Origin: a virus
Direction: 5' to 3' (one strand)
DNA length: 35,021 bases
Virus record (IMG/VR): IMGVR_UViG_3300049195_000059
Shown here in pieces: positions 15,870 through 24,179 of the stretch (its first letter is position 1; every line of letters starts with the position of its first letter). Position numbers and translations under genes: made by a program. The notes beneath the pieces are model-generated. The model saw nothing but the letters and a program-made list of their open reading frames with translations, was not told the DNA's origin and searched no databases.

Positions 15870-16354
15870 ACTACCCCCGACTTCCCCTGCGCGGCCCCAT
15901 TGCCGGGCAGGAATGACTTGAGACGGGTCAGAAGGCGGCTGTAAGCGCCGCTCGCTTCCTCGGTCTCCTTGATGGCGTGATGGATCTCAGTCGGCGATGC
16001 GCCATGCTGCATCGCGTGGATGCTGCTGCTGATCGCGCCCGCCGATTCCAGTGATGCCTGGGCGATGTCTTCGGCCAGCGCCCGCCGACATGCCATCGTG
16101 TTGGACAGCGACACGTCCAGCTGCCGCGCGTAGCTTTCAAGGATCGGCGCATAGGTGCCGCCTGCCTCCATGAACGCACGGTCAAGGGCCATGGCCTGAT
16201 CCAGCGTCGGCATGGTGCCCTTGTCGCTCTCGCTCCAATAGCGGACCGCTCGCTTAGACCGCCGCGTGATCTTGGCAGCAGCATCCCAGCCAATGAGGCC
16301 GACAGCCGTCGTGATGGCGAGAGAAAAGGTGAGAGGCGCGCGGACCTTCGTCAT
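15866..16354 (-). CDS. Hypothetical early protein (162 aa). It may be a CII-like regulator, but this is a weak call.
   Basis: Starts at the internal ATG 16354 (MTKVRAPLTF...). ATGA overlaps occur on both sides. Confidence 0.45.
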   Translation of the reverse strand: MTKVRAPLTFSLAITTAVGLIGWDAAAKITRRSKRAVRYWSESDKGTMPTLDQAMALDRAFMEAGGTYAPILESYARQLDVSLSNTMACRRALAEDIAQASLESAGAISSSIHAMQHGASPTEIHHAIKETEEASGAYSRLLTRLKSFLPGNGAAQGKSGVV

Positions 16355-16566
16355 AGACCCACCTTCCGAACTTCCGCCATCGCTTGATCGACGGTGTCGC
16401 AATAGGTGTCGAGAAGGGTGTGCGCCTGATCGCGGACGAGGGTCATCGCCGAGGTGTTGCGCATGTGGGCATAGGCAGAGAATTCCGCCAGCTTCGCATC
16501 CAACAGCGCCTTCTGCGCGGTGAAATCATGGGTCAAGTCAATGACCTTCTGCGGCAAGACCGTCAT
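16351..16566 (-). CDS. Hypothetical early protein (71 aa)
   Basis: Protein-like helical ORF, translationally coupled. Confidence 0.5.
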   Translation of the reverse strand: MTVLPQKVIDLTHDFTAQKALLDAKLAEFSAYAHMRNTSAMTLVRDQAHTLLDTYCDTVDQAMAEVRKVGL

Positions 16567-16736
16567 GCTCCGGCGCTCCCATTCTCACCGAGCGGATCGC
16601 CGACGACATGGGTGCAGCGGCGACCTACGCGCTGGCGGTAGCCGCGCACGAAACCATGGGTCATGAGGATGGTGCCGGTGCCGTTGCAGTAGCGGCAGGA
16701 TTGGGCGTCCATCTTCTGGCCGGGCCGAAGGTTCAT
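16563..16736 (-). CDS. Small protein (57 aa) with a CxxCxGxG motif
   Basis: MNLRPGQKMDAQSCRYCNGTGTI.... The CRYCNGTG resembles a DnaJ-type zinc-finger repeat. The ATG overlaps the upstream stop. Confidence 0.45.
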   Translation of the reverse strand: MNLRPGQKMDAQSCRYCNGTGTILMTHGFVRGYRQRVGRRCTHVVGDPLGENGSAGA

Positions 16737-17065
16737 GCTCCCGGCCTCCCCACTGCGCACATGGCGAACAGCGTCGAGAAGCTGATGATGAGGAAGGCGG
16801 CGGTGCTATACCAGCGCGGCAACTGCGGCGCGGGGGATGGTTCATCGCGCAGGGTGAGGCCTTCGGGCACCACGAAGGTGTGGCGGGCGGCGAAGCGGCC
16901 CTTGATCGAATAGGCCGGGGCGGCATCGCTGGGGCAAACGGATGATGGGCATTTGCCCGCATGTTCGGCCCGCGCCCTGTCGGCTATCCCGTTTTCGGGG
17001 CGGTCTGCGCGATCAGACGGCGACGGCGCATTGCGTCCGATCGCCCGTGTCTCGAAGGAAAGCAT
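16733..17065 (-). CDS. Hypothetical protein (110 aa) with a C-terminal TM segment
   Basis: ATG at 17065 is preceded by AAGGA. The frame has high GC3. The C-terminus is WYSTAAFLIISFSTLFAMCAV. Confidence 0.45.
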   Translation of the reverse strand: MLSFETRAIGRNAPSPSDRADRPENGIADRARAEHAGKCPSSVCPSDAAPAYSIKGRFAARHTFVVPEGLTLRDEPSPAPQLPRWYSTAAFLIISFSTLFAMCAVGRPGA

Positions 17066-17131
17066 TCCGTTTGGTCCTTTCAAGCGGATCGGTTGGGCGG
17101 GGGTGCGAGCCCCGCCCAACCAATTTCGAGG

Positions 17132-17425
17132 TCAGGCGGCAGCAGCCGCCAGTTGCGCAGATCGTCCTGCCGCTATGGCGGCGCGGGCAGCTGCGGTGAG
17201 TTCGAGGGGCTGGCCCTTCCGCACATTGCCAAGCACTGCCTGGGCGCGGATGGCCGACCAAAGATCGCGGCGCGTGACGCGCAGCTGGGTTTCGAGTTCG
17301 GAGACGCTCATCGGGCGCGCCGCGTCGTAAAGAGCGTTCAGCATCCGCATCTGCAAATTCACGGAAAAGAATGCGTCGGCGATGATGCGGCGGCCCTGCT
17401 GCGCGGGCGTGTTGGTGGCGGGCAT
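17132..17425 (-). CDS. Hypothetical early protein (97 aa), possibly a winged-helix fold
   Basis: Second gene of the early operon. The ATG overlaps the Cro-like stop (TGATG). Confidence 0.5.
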   Translation of the reverse strand: MPATNTPAQQGRRIIADAFFSVNLQMRMLNALYDAARPMSVSELETQLRVTRRDLWSAIRAQAVLGNVRKGQPLELTAAARAAIAAGRSAQLAAAAA

Positions 17426-17718
17426 CAATGGATGTCCTTTCGTTGCAATTCCGGCGTCTGATTGAAAGCGACGGCGGTCGATTGATCCGATAGTTCGACA
17501 GGCGCGGCGGCATTCGGCCGACCCAGAGGGAACACGACATGGTCAGCGGTGATGGCCAGGCCGAGCGCCTGACCGACCTCCAACACGTGCGGCTGCTTTT
17601 CAGCGGGTATGCGACCCACTCGCTTCCAGGCGGCCACGTTGGACGGCGCTTCACCGATGGCGCGTGCCATGGGCCGGATGCCGCCAAACAGTGCAAAAAC
17701 TGAGACTTGCTGTTCCAT
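17425..17718 (-). CDS. Cro/Cox-analogue HTH protein, first gene of the early lytic operon
   Basis: FGGIRPMARAIGEAPSNVAAWKRVGRIPAEK resembles the YdaS/Cro-like HTH pattern (G...lA..lG...s.V..W...g.IP). It is divergent from the repressor gene across 72 bp. Confidence 0.65.
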   Translation of the reverse strand: MEQQVSVFALFGGIRPMARAIGEAPSNVAAWKRVGRIPAEKQPHVLEVGQALGLAITADHVVFPLGRPNAAAPVELSDQSTAVAFNQTPELQRKDIH

Positions 17719-17729
17719 AAACAGCGGTG

Positions 17730-17791
17730 TGCAAAATATTTACACAAGGCGCAAGTCATTTTTTACACGGACGGCGTGCAAAATATTTGCA
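17730..17791. promoter_or_regulatory. Genetic-switch operators: two copies of TGCAAAATATTT(A/G)CA 47 bp apart
   Basis: 17730-17744 is TGCAAAATATTTACA. 17777-17791 is TGCAAAATATTTGCA (TGCAAA-N3-TTTGCA dyad). An extra TTTACAC half-site lies at 17762-17768. The second copy abuts the repressor ATG. Confidence 0.65.
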
Positions 17792-18351
17792 TGGGTGGCG
17801 AAGTGTCAGTTTCACTCAACACTCGCCTCAAAAATCTGCGGCTTTCCGCTGTTCCCTCGCTGTCGATCCGGCGCATGGCGGAAGAGTTGGGCATCGGATA
17901 TTCCCGCTACGCCTACTTCGAAGATCCGAAGCGATACAAAAAGCGGGAGTTGCCGCTGGATCTCACCCGCCAGATAGCCGATGTGCTCTCGCGGTATGGC
18001 GTTGATGCTGGCGAAGTGATGAAATTGGCTGGGCTGAAGGATGCCGAAGCTGAGCCGGAAGTGCGCGAAATAGAGGCCGCTCGCCCGCAGGTGCAGTTCA
18101 TCAGCCTTCCCGTCATGCTCCCTAGTGAAGCCGCGTTGCGTGATATGTTCCGCAGCCTGCTCGTGCTGGTGCCAGAGGGGGCGACAAAGGACGAAGCCGC
18201 TGAAATTCTCGCTCGGCGGCTTCCATCTGGGCTTGCAGCGATCGGACCTCTCTCGCTCGATCCGAACGCGGCCGCATCGCCTGCAGCCGGTGAAGCGCCT
18301 CGATCTCCCGCCACAGATCATCACGAAGCTGCACCATCGTCGCGCACCTGA
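17791..18351 (+). CDS. Immunity repressor candidate (XRE-type HTH). Start and true 3' end are uncertain.
   Basis: LNTRLKNLRLSAVPSLSIRRMAEELGIGYSRYAYFE is an HTH_XRE-like N-terminus. It is divergent from the early operon. No S24 peptidase motifs are seen. The last 50 or so codons are low-complexity with reduced GC3. Confidence 0.6.
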   Translation: MGGEVSVSLNTRLKNLRLSAVPSLSIRRMAEELGIGYSRYAYFEDPKRYKKRELPLDLTRQIADVLSRYGVDAGEVMKLAGLKDAEAEPEVREIEAARPQVQFISLPVMLPSEAALRDMFRSLLVLVPEGATKDEAAEILARRLPSGLAAIGPLSLDPNAAASPAAGEAPRSPATDHHEAAPSSRT

Positions 18352-18566
18352 CAGTGCAGGACTGACAGGCAAACTCACACCCTGGCGTCAACCTAATCGC
18401 TCGCCCGCTCACCTTCGCACACTCCTGCGTGTTCCTGATTCGTTCTCGTTCTGGCTAAAGGCGTTCGTGTAGGAAAGAGTTAAACGCCTCGTGAGATAAT
18501 TTCCTTGTGGACAAGTGCCTTGGCCGCAACCAAGGCGGGAGCCGTAACGGAATTGAAGGGGGTCAC

Positions 18567-19136
18567 ATGGACGAAAAGACGTGTCCGCAGTGCGCGGAGA
18601 AGGTGAAGGCCGAGGCTAAAATCTGCCGCTTCTGCAACTATAATTTCGAAACGGACACGCCTGCCGGGACATATGTCGCGCCAGTTCCGCCGAAGAAAAA
18701 AGGCTTGGGCAAAGGGTGCCTGGTCGTGATCGGCATCATCGTCGTGCTCATGATCATCGGCGCAATTGCCGGGGGCGATCAGAAGACGACGGCGACCAGC
18801 GCGCCCGAGGAAAAGGCCGAGGCCGCTCCGGCGCGCCCTGTTTCGGCGAAGGAACTCGCCCAGGCATATGATTCCAATGAGGCCGCCGCGAAAAAGGAAT
18901 ATGGCGATCAGCGCCTCGCCGTCACGGGTGTCGTGGCCGGTGTCGATCTGGACTTTGCCGATGATCCTGTCGTGAAGCTGGAAGGGATCAACCAGTTCAT
19001 GCCCGTGCAGGCCTCGTTCGGAAAAGACTATTCCGACGCGACCGCCGCGCTCAGCAAGGGGCAGAAGATCACGGTGACGTGTGACAAGCTGACAGAGGTA
19101 ATCGGCACGCCGATGCTGGACGACTGCACCATGTGA
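18567..19136 (+). CDS. Membrane-anchored protein with an N-terminal zinc ribbon, one TM segment and a C-terminal OB-fold (tRNA_anti-like). It is a moron candidate.
   Basis: CPQCAEKVKAEAKICRFCNYNF forms the zinc ribbon. KKKGLGKGCLVVIGIIVVLMIIGAIAGG is the TM segment. SAKELAQAYDSNEAAAKKEYGDQRLAVTGVV...KGQKITVTC matches the tRNA_anti-like OB pattern. GAAGGGGG precedes the ATG at 18567. It has its own terminator. Confidence 0.7.
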   Translation: MDEKTCPQCAEKVKAEAKICRFCNYNFETDTPAGTYVAPVPPKKKGLGKGCLVVIGIIVVLMIIGAIAGGDQKTTATSAPEEKAEAAPARPVSAKELAQAYDSNEAAAKKEYGDQRLAVTGVVAGVDLDFADDPVVKLEGINQFMPVQASFGKDYSDATAALSKGQKITVTCDKLTEVIGTPMLDDCTM

Positions 19137-19158
19137 ACCAGCTGGTTGGCTGAGACGA

Positions 19159-19190
19159 GGGCCGGGGCGTCATCGCCGCCGGCCCTTTTG
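19159..19190 (+). terminator. Strong rho-independent terminator between the convergent moron gene and gene D
   Basis: GGGCCGGGGCG-tcat-CGCC(G)CCGGCCC followed by TTTTG. Confidence 0.8.
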
Positions 19191-19193
19191 CAT

Positions 19194-20204
19194 TTACGGG
19201 GCCGTTTCCATCTTCACATCGGTTGTGAAGCCGCCTGCCTTGTCGAGCCGGTGGGTCACTTCGGATATCAGCCAGGTGGTCGCGTCGATTTCATCCTTAT
19301 AGCCGCTGACCTTCACGCGCGCTTCCGGCATGGCATCAGCGCGGCCGAGCGCCAGCTTCATGTCAAAGGTGGCCGGTGCCCGCTTGAGCCGGTCCCGTTC
19401 CGCTATGGCCGCCCGTTTTGCGGAGGCCTCGTCGGGATAGACCTTGCGCAGCTTCTTCGCGCCATCTTCCTCGCCGACCGTGAATGTTTTGCGCTTCGCG
19501 CCCTTCTTATCGTGCCAGCTGGCAGACACGCCCTGCTGCCCGTCGCGCTTCTGTCGCTGCCAGTTGTGGCGATCGCCATCTTGGCGGCGGATGGTGAGGG
19601 ATGGCAGGGCCTTGCCGCTGGTGGTTGTGCCCGCGCCTTTCTTGGCGAAGATCAGATGCTTGTCCTTGATGGTCGCCACGGCGTCATGCTCACGGCCGAG
19701 GCGGCGCAGGAAGGCGATATCGCTCTCGCGGCTCTGGCTGATCGACTTGAGCGCGATCGAGGATAGGGCCGGCGCGACCTTCAGCGTCAGGCCGTTCCGC
19801 CCCGCCACGTCCTTTAGCACCGCGCCGAGGGTCGTGTTCTTCCAGCCCTGCTCGCGCCGGTTGCGAATCTTGCTGGTGAAGTCCGCCGCGCGCGCCTTGA
19901 TCGTGATCTCGTTGGGTGGCCCGCTATGAGATACGTCGTCCACCTTGAAGCTGCCTTTGTCGACCAGGCCGACTGTCACGTCGAGGCCCTGTTTCCAGCC
20001 CAGCTGCACCTTCAGCACCGCGCCTTCCTTGGGAATCGCGAGCATGCCGTCAGCGTCCGACAGCACGATGTCCAGCTGATCGGCTTCATCGCCGCGCTTT
20101 TCGGAGATGCTGAGCGAGACCAGGCGCGGGCGCAGGCGATCGGATAGATCCTTGCCGTCGAGCGTGACGCGCCAGTCCGCGATGTTGGCGACCTTCTCCG
20201 TCAT
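19194..20204 (-). CDS. D: Tail protein D (late control gene D family)
   Basis: 336 aa. It is the last gene of the FI-FII-E-T-U-D block and overlaps U. Confidence 0.85.
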   Translation of the reverse strand: MTEKVANIADWRVTLDGKDLSDRLRPRLVSLSISEKRGDEADQLDIVLSDADGMLAIPKEGAVLKVQLGWKQGLDVTVGLVDKGSFKVDDVSHSGPPNEITIKARAADFTSKIRNRREQGWKNTTLGAVLKDVAGRNGLTLKVAPALSSIALKSISQSRESDIAFLRRLGREHDAVATIKDKHLIFAKKGAGTTTSGKALPSLTIRRQDGDRHNWQRQKRDGQQGVSASWHDKKGAKRKTFTVGEEDGAKKLRKVYPDEASAKRAAIAERDRLKRAPATFDMKLALGRADAMPEARVKVSGYKDEIDATTWLISEVTHRLDKAGGFTTDVKMETAP

Positions 20205-20614
20205 GCCGTCGCCTGGGCGTTGTTCGCCGGTGCGGCATCGTCCACGCGCAGCAGGTCGATGCCGAAGTCGATGCGGCGCGCGCGGCCGTCAGCCATCAGG
20301 AAGGCGTGGCGCTCATCGATCGCGGTGATGACGAAGGTGCCATAAACCGTCCCGCGTCCATCGACCAGCGGCAGAGCCTCGCCATCGTCGGCCATGGAGC
20401 GCAGATCATCCAGTGACACGCGCCCATCGGCAATTTCGGCATAGGTCGATCCGGATAGGCTGATCGTCTCATCGCCGACGCCGACGAACTGCGTGGCATC
20501 ACGGGCGCCAATGCGCGCCGAACGGGCATGCTGCCAGTCCGTCTTCCGCTGCAGTTCGTCGAAGGCGAGCGTGCCGAGTTCGAACAGGAACATGCCCAAG
20601 GCCATCAGGTGCAT
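20201..20614 (-). CDS. U: Tail protein U (P2 gpU family)
   Basis: 137 aa. The N-terminus MHLMALGMFLFELGTLAFDELQRKTDWQHA is typical of gpU. Confidence 0.85.
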   Translation of the reverse strand: MHLMALGMFLFELGTLAFDELQRKTDWQHARSARIGARDATQFVGVGDETISLSGSTYAEIADGRVSLDDLRSMADDGEALPLVDGRGTVYGTFVITAIDERHAFLMADGRARRIDFGIDLLRVDDAAPANNAQATA

Positions 20615-20626
20615 GGATGATCCCCC

Positions 20627-23122
20627 TTATTCATCGCCGAACGAGCGGCCGCGACGCTCACGCTCGATCTGCTCGATCGCCTTGCGGACCTGGTCGGCAA
20701 TGTCCTGCGCCGGCGCGGAACCGGCGTGAATGGTGATGGTGTAACTGGCCTGCACCGGCTGTTGCGGGGCTGCGCTAGGGGCTGTGGCCTGCGCCGCCAC
20801 GGGTGCGGCGGCGATGGCGGTGCCGACCGCGCCGACGCTCAATGCCCGGGTCATCTGCCCTGACAGGTCGCTGATGCGCGACAGCGGCCCGGATGTGTTG
20901 GCGGAAAGCCCCTGATCGAGGCCGGCCATGACGAAGCCGCCTAGACCTTCGAATACCCGCGACGGCGAGTGGATGCCCAGCTTCGACTTGAACCAGTTTG
21001 CGACCGAACTGGCCGCGTTAACGATGGTGGATTTGAGCGCGCCGAGCATTCCCGTCACACCATTGATCAGACCCTGTATCAGGTTACGCCCGATTTCGGT
21101 GAAGTTCAGCGATCGCAGATACGCGAGCGCGGGCATGAAGGCGCGGATCAGCAGGCCGAGCGGGTGAAAGGTGAAGAAGGCGTCGACGATGGCGCTGATC
21201 GCTTTTCCCACCGCCGAACTCACGGAATTCCATACGCCAGTCGCAAATGCGACGATGCCATCCCAGTTGGCATAGATCAGATAGACCGCCGCTGCGATCG
21301 CGGCGATCAACAGCAAGATGGGGTTGGCGACGATTAGGGCAGTGATCGCCCGGATCGCAGTTGCCACGGCTCCGAACGTTCCGGTCAGCAATCCCGCCAG
21401 AGGGGCAAGGGCGGCCGTCATGGCACCGACCGCCAGCGCGATGCCTCCAAGAACGACCAGCAGTGCCGCGCCCGCGCCCATGAAGATCATGATGCCTTTT
21501 GCAAGGGCCGGGTTGGCATCGGCCCATTTGCGCAGGCTGCCGGCGGCCGACCGCACCTTTTCCGATACGGCGACGACAGTCGGCAGCAGCGCCTTGCCCA
21601 GAGTGATGTTGAGGTTGGACAGGGCGTTGCCAGCAAGGCCGGTTGCGCCTTCGGTGGTCGCAACGCGGTTGAGGAATTCGGCGTGCATGGATCCTGCGAC
21701 GGCTGCCTGGTCACCGACCAACGCAAGCCGAGCTTTGAGTTGGTCCAAGTTGGTGAGCATCGGCGCGATCGCAGCCACGCTTTCCGATCCGAATAGCTGG
21801 GTGAGGATCCCGGACTGCTTGTCCGGGTCGAGCTTTCCGATCCGCCCCATGACGTCCACAATTGCCCCCGCAGCATCCTTCTGCATCCGCTTGGCGACGT
21901 CGGTCGCCTCCAGCCCCAAGGCTTTGAAGGCGCCCTGCTGGCCCTTTGTGGCCGCCTCGCCCTTGGTGAGCGCGAGCATGGTATTCTTGATGCCGGTGGC
22001 CGCCACCTCGCTCGGCACGCCAATGGAATCGAGCGTCGAGCCCAGCGCGGCGATCTGGGGCGCAGCGAGGCCCGCAACCTTCCCCAGAGGGCCGATGCGG
22101 GTGACGATATCCGCGACGTTCGCCGCCTTGCCGCCGAAGGTGTTGGTGAGCGCGTTGATGCGGTCGCCAAGCGCCACGACGCCCCCCTGCGGCAGTTCGA
22201 ACGCCGTGCGCCATTTCGCCATGGTCTCGCCCGCAACATCGGCCGTCATATCGAACGCCACGCCCATCTCGGCGGCGTCGTTCGTGAACTGCAGCAGCTG
22301 CTGGCGCTGGTCAGCCATGGGCCGGCCCATCTTGTCCATGCCGACGCCGGCAGCACCGGCGGCAGCGGCGATGGCGGCCAGTTCATGAGCGGCCATCGGG
22401 ATGCGCTCGCTCATATCCATGAAGTCCGTGGACATCTGATTGATCGCCGGCGACGTCATGTTCGTCACCTTACGGACGTCTGCCATTGCGCTTTCCAGCG
22501 TCATCGCCTGCTTTACCGCGCCAATCACTGGCGCGCCGGCAGCAACGCCGGCGGCCACCATGCCGAGGCCCATGCCCGTGGCCTTCTGGCTGACGTCATT
22601 CAGCTTTTGCGAATTGCGGTTGGCTTGGGCGACCTTCTCCAGCTGCGCCGTCTGCTGCTTCAGCGCACGGTTCGCCTCGGCGGTGCGATTGGCAAGGCGG
22701 TCCTCATGGCTGGCCAGATCCATGACGTCCACGCCAGCAGCGGACAGCTTGGCCGATAGCTGCTGCAATTCCGCGCCGCCCTGGTCGAGCCGCGCCGCCA
22801 GCTGGGCGGACTGCTTTTCCGCCCGTTCGAATTCGGTGCGCAGCTTTTTGGTCGGCTTTTCCGTCGCCTCCAGCTGGGCGCGCAGCTGCGCCAGCTTCGC
22901 CTGCTGTTCCTGATAGGCGCGTGTGTCGTTAGCAAAGCGGGATTCCGCGGACTTGTAGCTGCCAATCTGCTTCTGCAGCGCGCCCAACGACTTCAGTTCC
23001 TCCTGCGTCTTCGCCAGATCCCGGCGCGCGGCGGACGACGCGCCAGTGATCGACTTGAGCGGCGCGGTCACCTTGTCGAGCGCTTCCAGGATGATCTGCA
23101 GCCGAAGGTTCTTGTCCGCCAT
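20627..23122 (-). CDS. T: Tail tape measure protein (gpT)
   Basis: 831 aa, Ala/Gly-rich, with coiled-coil N-terminal and hydrophobic central segments. It follows E/E'. Confidence 0.9.
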   Translation of the reverse strand: MADKNLRLQIILEALDKVTAPLKSITGASSAARRDLAKTQEELKSLGALQKQIGSYKSAESRFANDTRAYQEQQAKLAQLRAQLEATEKPTKKLRTEFERAEKQSAQLAARLDQGGAELQQLSAKLSAAGVDVMDLASHEDRLANRTAEANRALKQQTAQLEKVAQANRNSQKLNDVSQKATGMGLGMVAAGVAAGAPVIGAVKQAMTLESAMADVRKVTNMTSPAINQMSTDFMDMSERIPMAAHELAAIAAAAGAAGVGMDKMGRPMADQRQQLLQFTNDAAEMGVAFDMTADVAGETMAKWRTAFELPQGGVVALGDRINALTNTFGGKAANVADIVTRIGPLGKVAGLAAPQIAALGSTLDSIGVPSEVAATGIKNTMLALTKGEAATKGQQGAFKALGLEATDVAKRMQKDAAGAIVDVMGRIGKLDPDKQSGILTQLFGSESVAAIAPMLTNLDQLKARLALVGDQAAVAGSMHAEFLNRVATTEGATGLAGNALSNLNITLGKALLPTVVAVSEKVRSAAGSLRKWADANPALAKGIMIFMGAGAALLVVLGGIALAVGAMTAALAPLAGLLTGTFGAVATAIRAITALIVANPILLLIAAIAAAVYLIYANWDGIVAFATGVWNSVSSAVGKAISAIVDAFFTFHPLGLLIRAFMPALAYLRSLNFTEIGRNLIQGLINGVTGMLGALKSTIVNAASSVANWFKSKLGIHSPSRVFEGLGGFVMAGLDQGLSANTSGPLSRISDLSGQMTRALSVGAVGTAIAAAPVAAQATAPSAAPQQPVQASYTITIHAGSAPAQDIADQVRKAIEQIERERRGRSFGDE

Positions 23123-23570
23123 TATCGCTTCCCGGGCTTTTCAGAGGGCTTGGATCGACGGGCGGCCTGCTCTCGCCAGCCCATCAGTTCGGACAGGTCC
23201 ATGCTGTCCATGACGGCGGGCGACCAATGGAAGATGATCGCCACGTCCGCCATCGCGTCGTCTACTGATCGAGGACAGCCGCACGCTGCGACTTCTGCAG
23301 CAAAAAACCGCCAATCTCCGCACCACAGGCCAGCAGGTCCGCCGGCTCCATGTTGGAGACTTCCGCTTCGGTGAGCGGGGGCACGGTGATGCGCGGCAGG
23401 ATCTTGGTGAGGCTGTCCACCTTCAGCTGTCCCAGATCGACGAGGGACAGGCCGCGCAGTTCGCCAGAGCGGGGCTTGCGCAGCTGCACTTCCTCGATCG
23501 TGGTTTCGCCGCGCACGATCGGCGCGTCGAGCGTGACGGTGCGGAAAACGGGGGCAGTGGGTTCGCTCAT
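23122..23570 (-). CDS. E+E': Tail assembly chaperone fusion E+E', produced by a -1 frameshift at 23301-23307
   Basis: The -1 frame after the slip site is open for 59 codons. It reads AAEVAACGCPRSVDDAMADVAIIFHWSPAVMDSMDLSELMGWREQAARRSKPSEKPGKR, which has the gpE'-type FHW...L.EL..W..A.RR motif. It ends at a TAA overlapping the gpT ATG. Confidence 0.8.
23262..23570 (-). CDS. E: Tail assembly chaperone gpE (zero-frame product)
   Basis: 102 aa, located between tube and tape measure. Confidence 0.85.
   Translation of the reverse strand: MSEPTAPVFRTVTLDAPIVRGETTIEEVQLRKPRSGELRGLSLVDLGQLKVDSLTKILPRITVPPLTEAEVSNMEPADLLACGAEIGGFLLQKSQRAAVLDQ
23301..23307 (-). promoter_or_regulatory. Programmed -1 ribosomal frameshift slippery heptamer T TTT TTG
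   Basis: In the E frame it reads GGT TTT TTG, 13 codons before the E stop. I recall this as the same heptamer used by P2 E/E'. Confidence 0.8.
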
Positions 23571-23628
23571 GATACTCTCTCAGATTTTAGGGAAGGGCGG
23601 CCCGACGACGCGCGCCGGGCCGCAGGGA

Positions 23629-24141
23629 TCAGAACATGCCAGCAGAGGCGCGCAGTTCGGCGGTGCGGTCCACGCCGCCCACGATCTCGACCATGTTGAT
23701 GGGGTCGATCTCGATTTCCGTCCGCCCGTTCCAGACCAGCTTGTAATAGGCCAGCGCCATGGTGGCGGCGAACTCGCCGACTTCGCCCATTTCCTGATCG
23801 CCCATCTCGATCTCGGAATAGCGACCGCGCACGATGACCTCGACGGTGTCGATCGTCGCGCTGTCGTCCTTCTGGTAGCTGCCGGTGAAGCGAAGGTAGA
23901 CGCCATCCACCGTGTTGACGCCCCACTGCTGCAGGACGTCCCGCAGCGGGCCGGGGCCGCTGAATGACAGTTCCATCGCCTCCATCCCCATGTCCAGCTG
24001 GAGCGGGGCGTTCATGCCGCCGCCGCGATATTCTTCCAGCTTGCGGGTCAGGGTCGGCAGCGTGACGGTATTGACCTCGCTGCCGTAGCCGACGCCTTCA
24101 TTGTAGAGGTTCATGTTCTTGAGGGTGCGGGGCAGTCCCAT
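23629..24141 (-). CDS. FII: Tail tube protein FII
   Basis: 170 aa, beginning MGLPRTLKNMNLYNEGVGY.... It follows the sheath gene. Confidence 0.9.
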   Translation of the reverse strand: MGLPRTLKNMNLYNEGVGYGSEVNTVTLPTLTRKLEEYRGGGMNAPLQLDMGMEAMELSFSGPGPLRDVLQQWGVNTVDGVYLRFTGSYQKDDSATIDTVEVIVRGRYSEIEMGDQEMGEVGEFAATMALAYYKLVWNGRTEIEIDPINMVEIVGGVDRTAELRASAGMF

Positions 24142-24179
24142 CGCTGGCTCCTATGATTGAAGGGATGAAAGGGGCGGGA

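Noticed and set aside
17791-18351. LexA/S24-type self-cleaving (SOS-inducible) repressor
   Set aside because: No Ala-Gly/Cys-Gly cleavage site with Ser...Lys catalytic motifs is recognisable in the C-terminal half. The induction mechanism is left open.
23141-23326. 61-aa ORF on the - strand as the E' extension
   Set aside because: It is in the +1 frame relative to E, not the -1 frame. The frame reached by a -1 slip at TTTTTTG is the other one, and that frame carries the gpE'-like motif.
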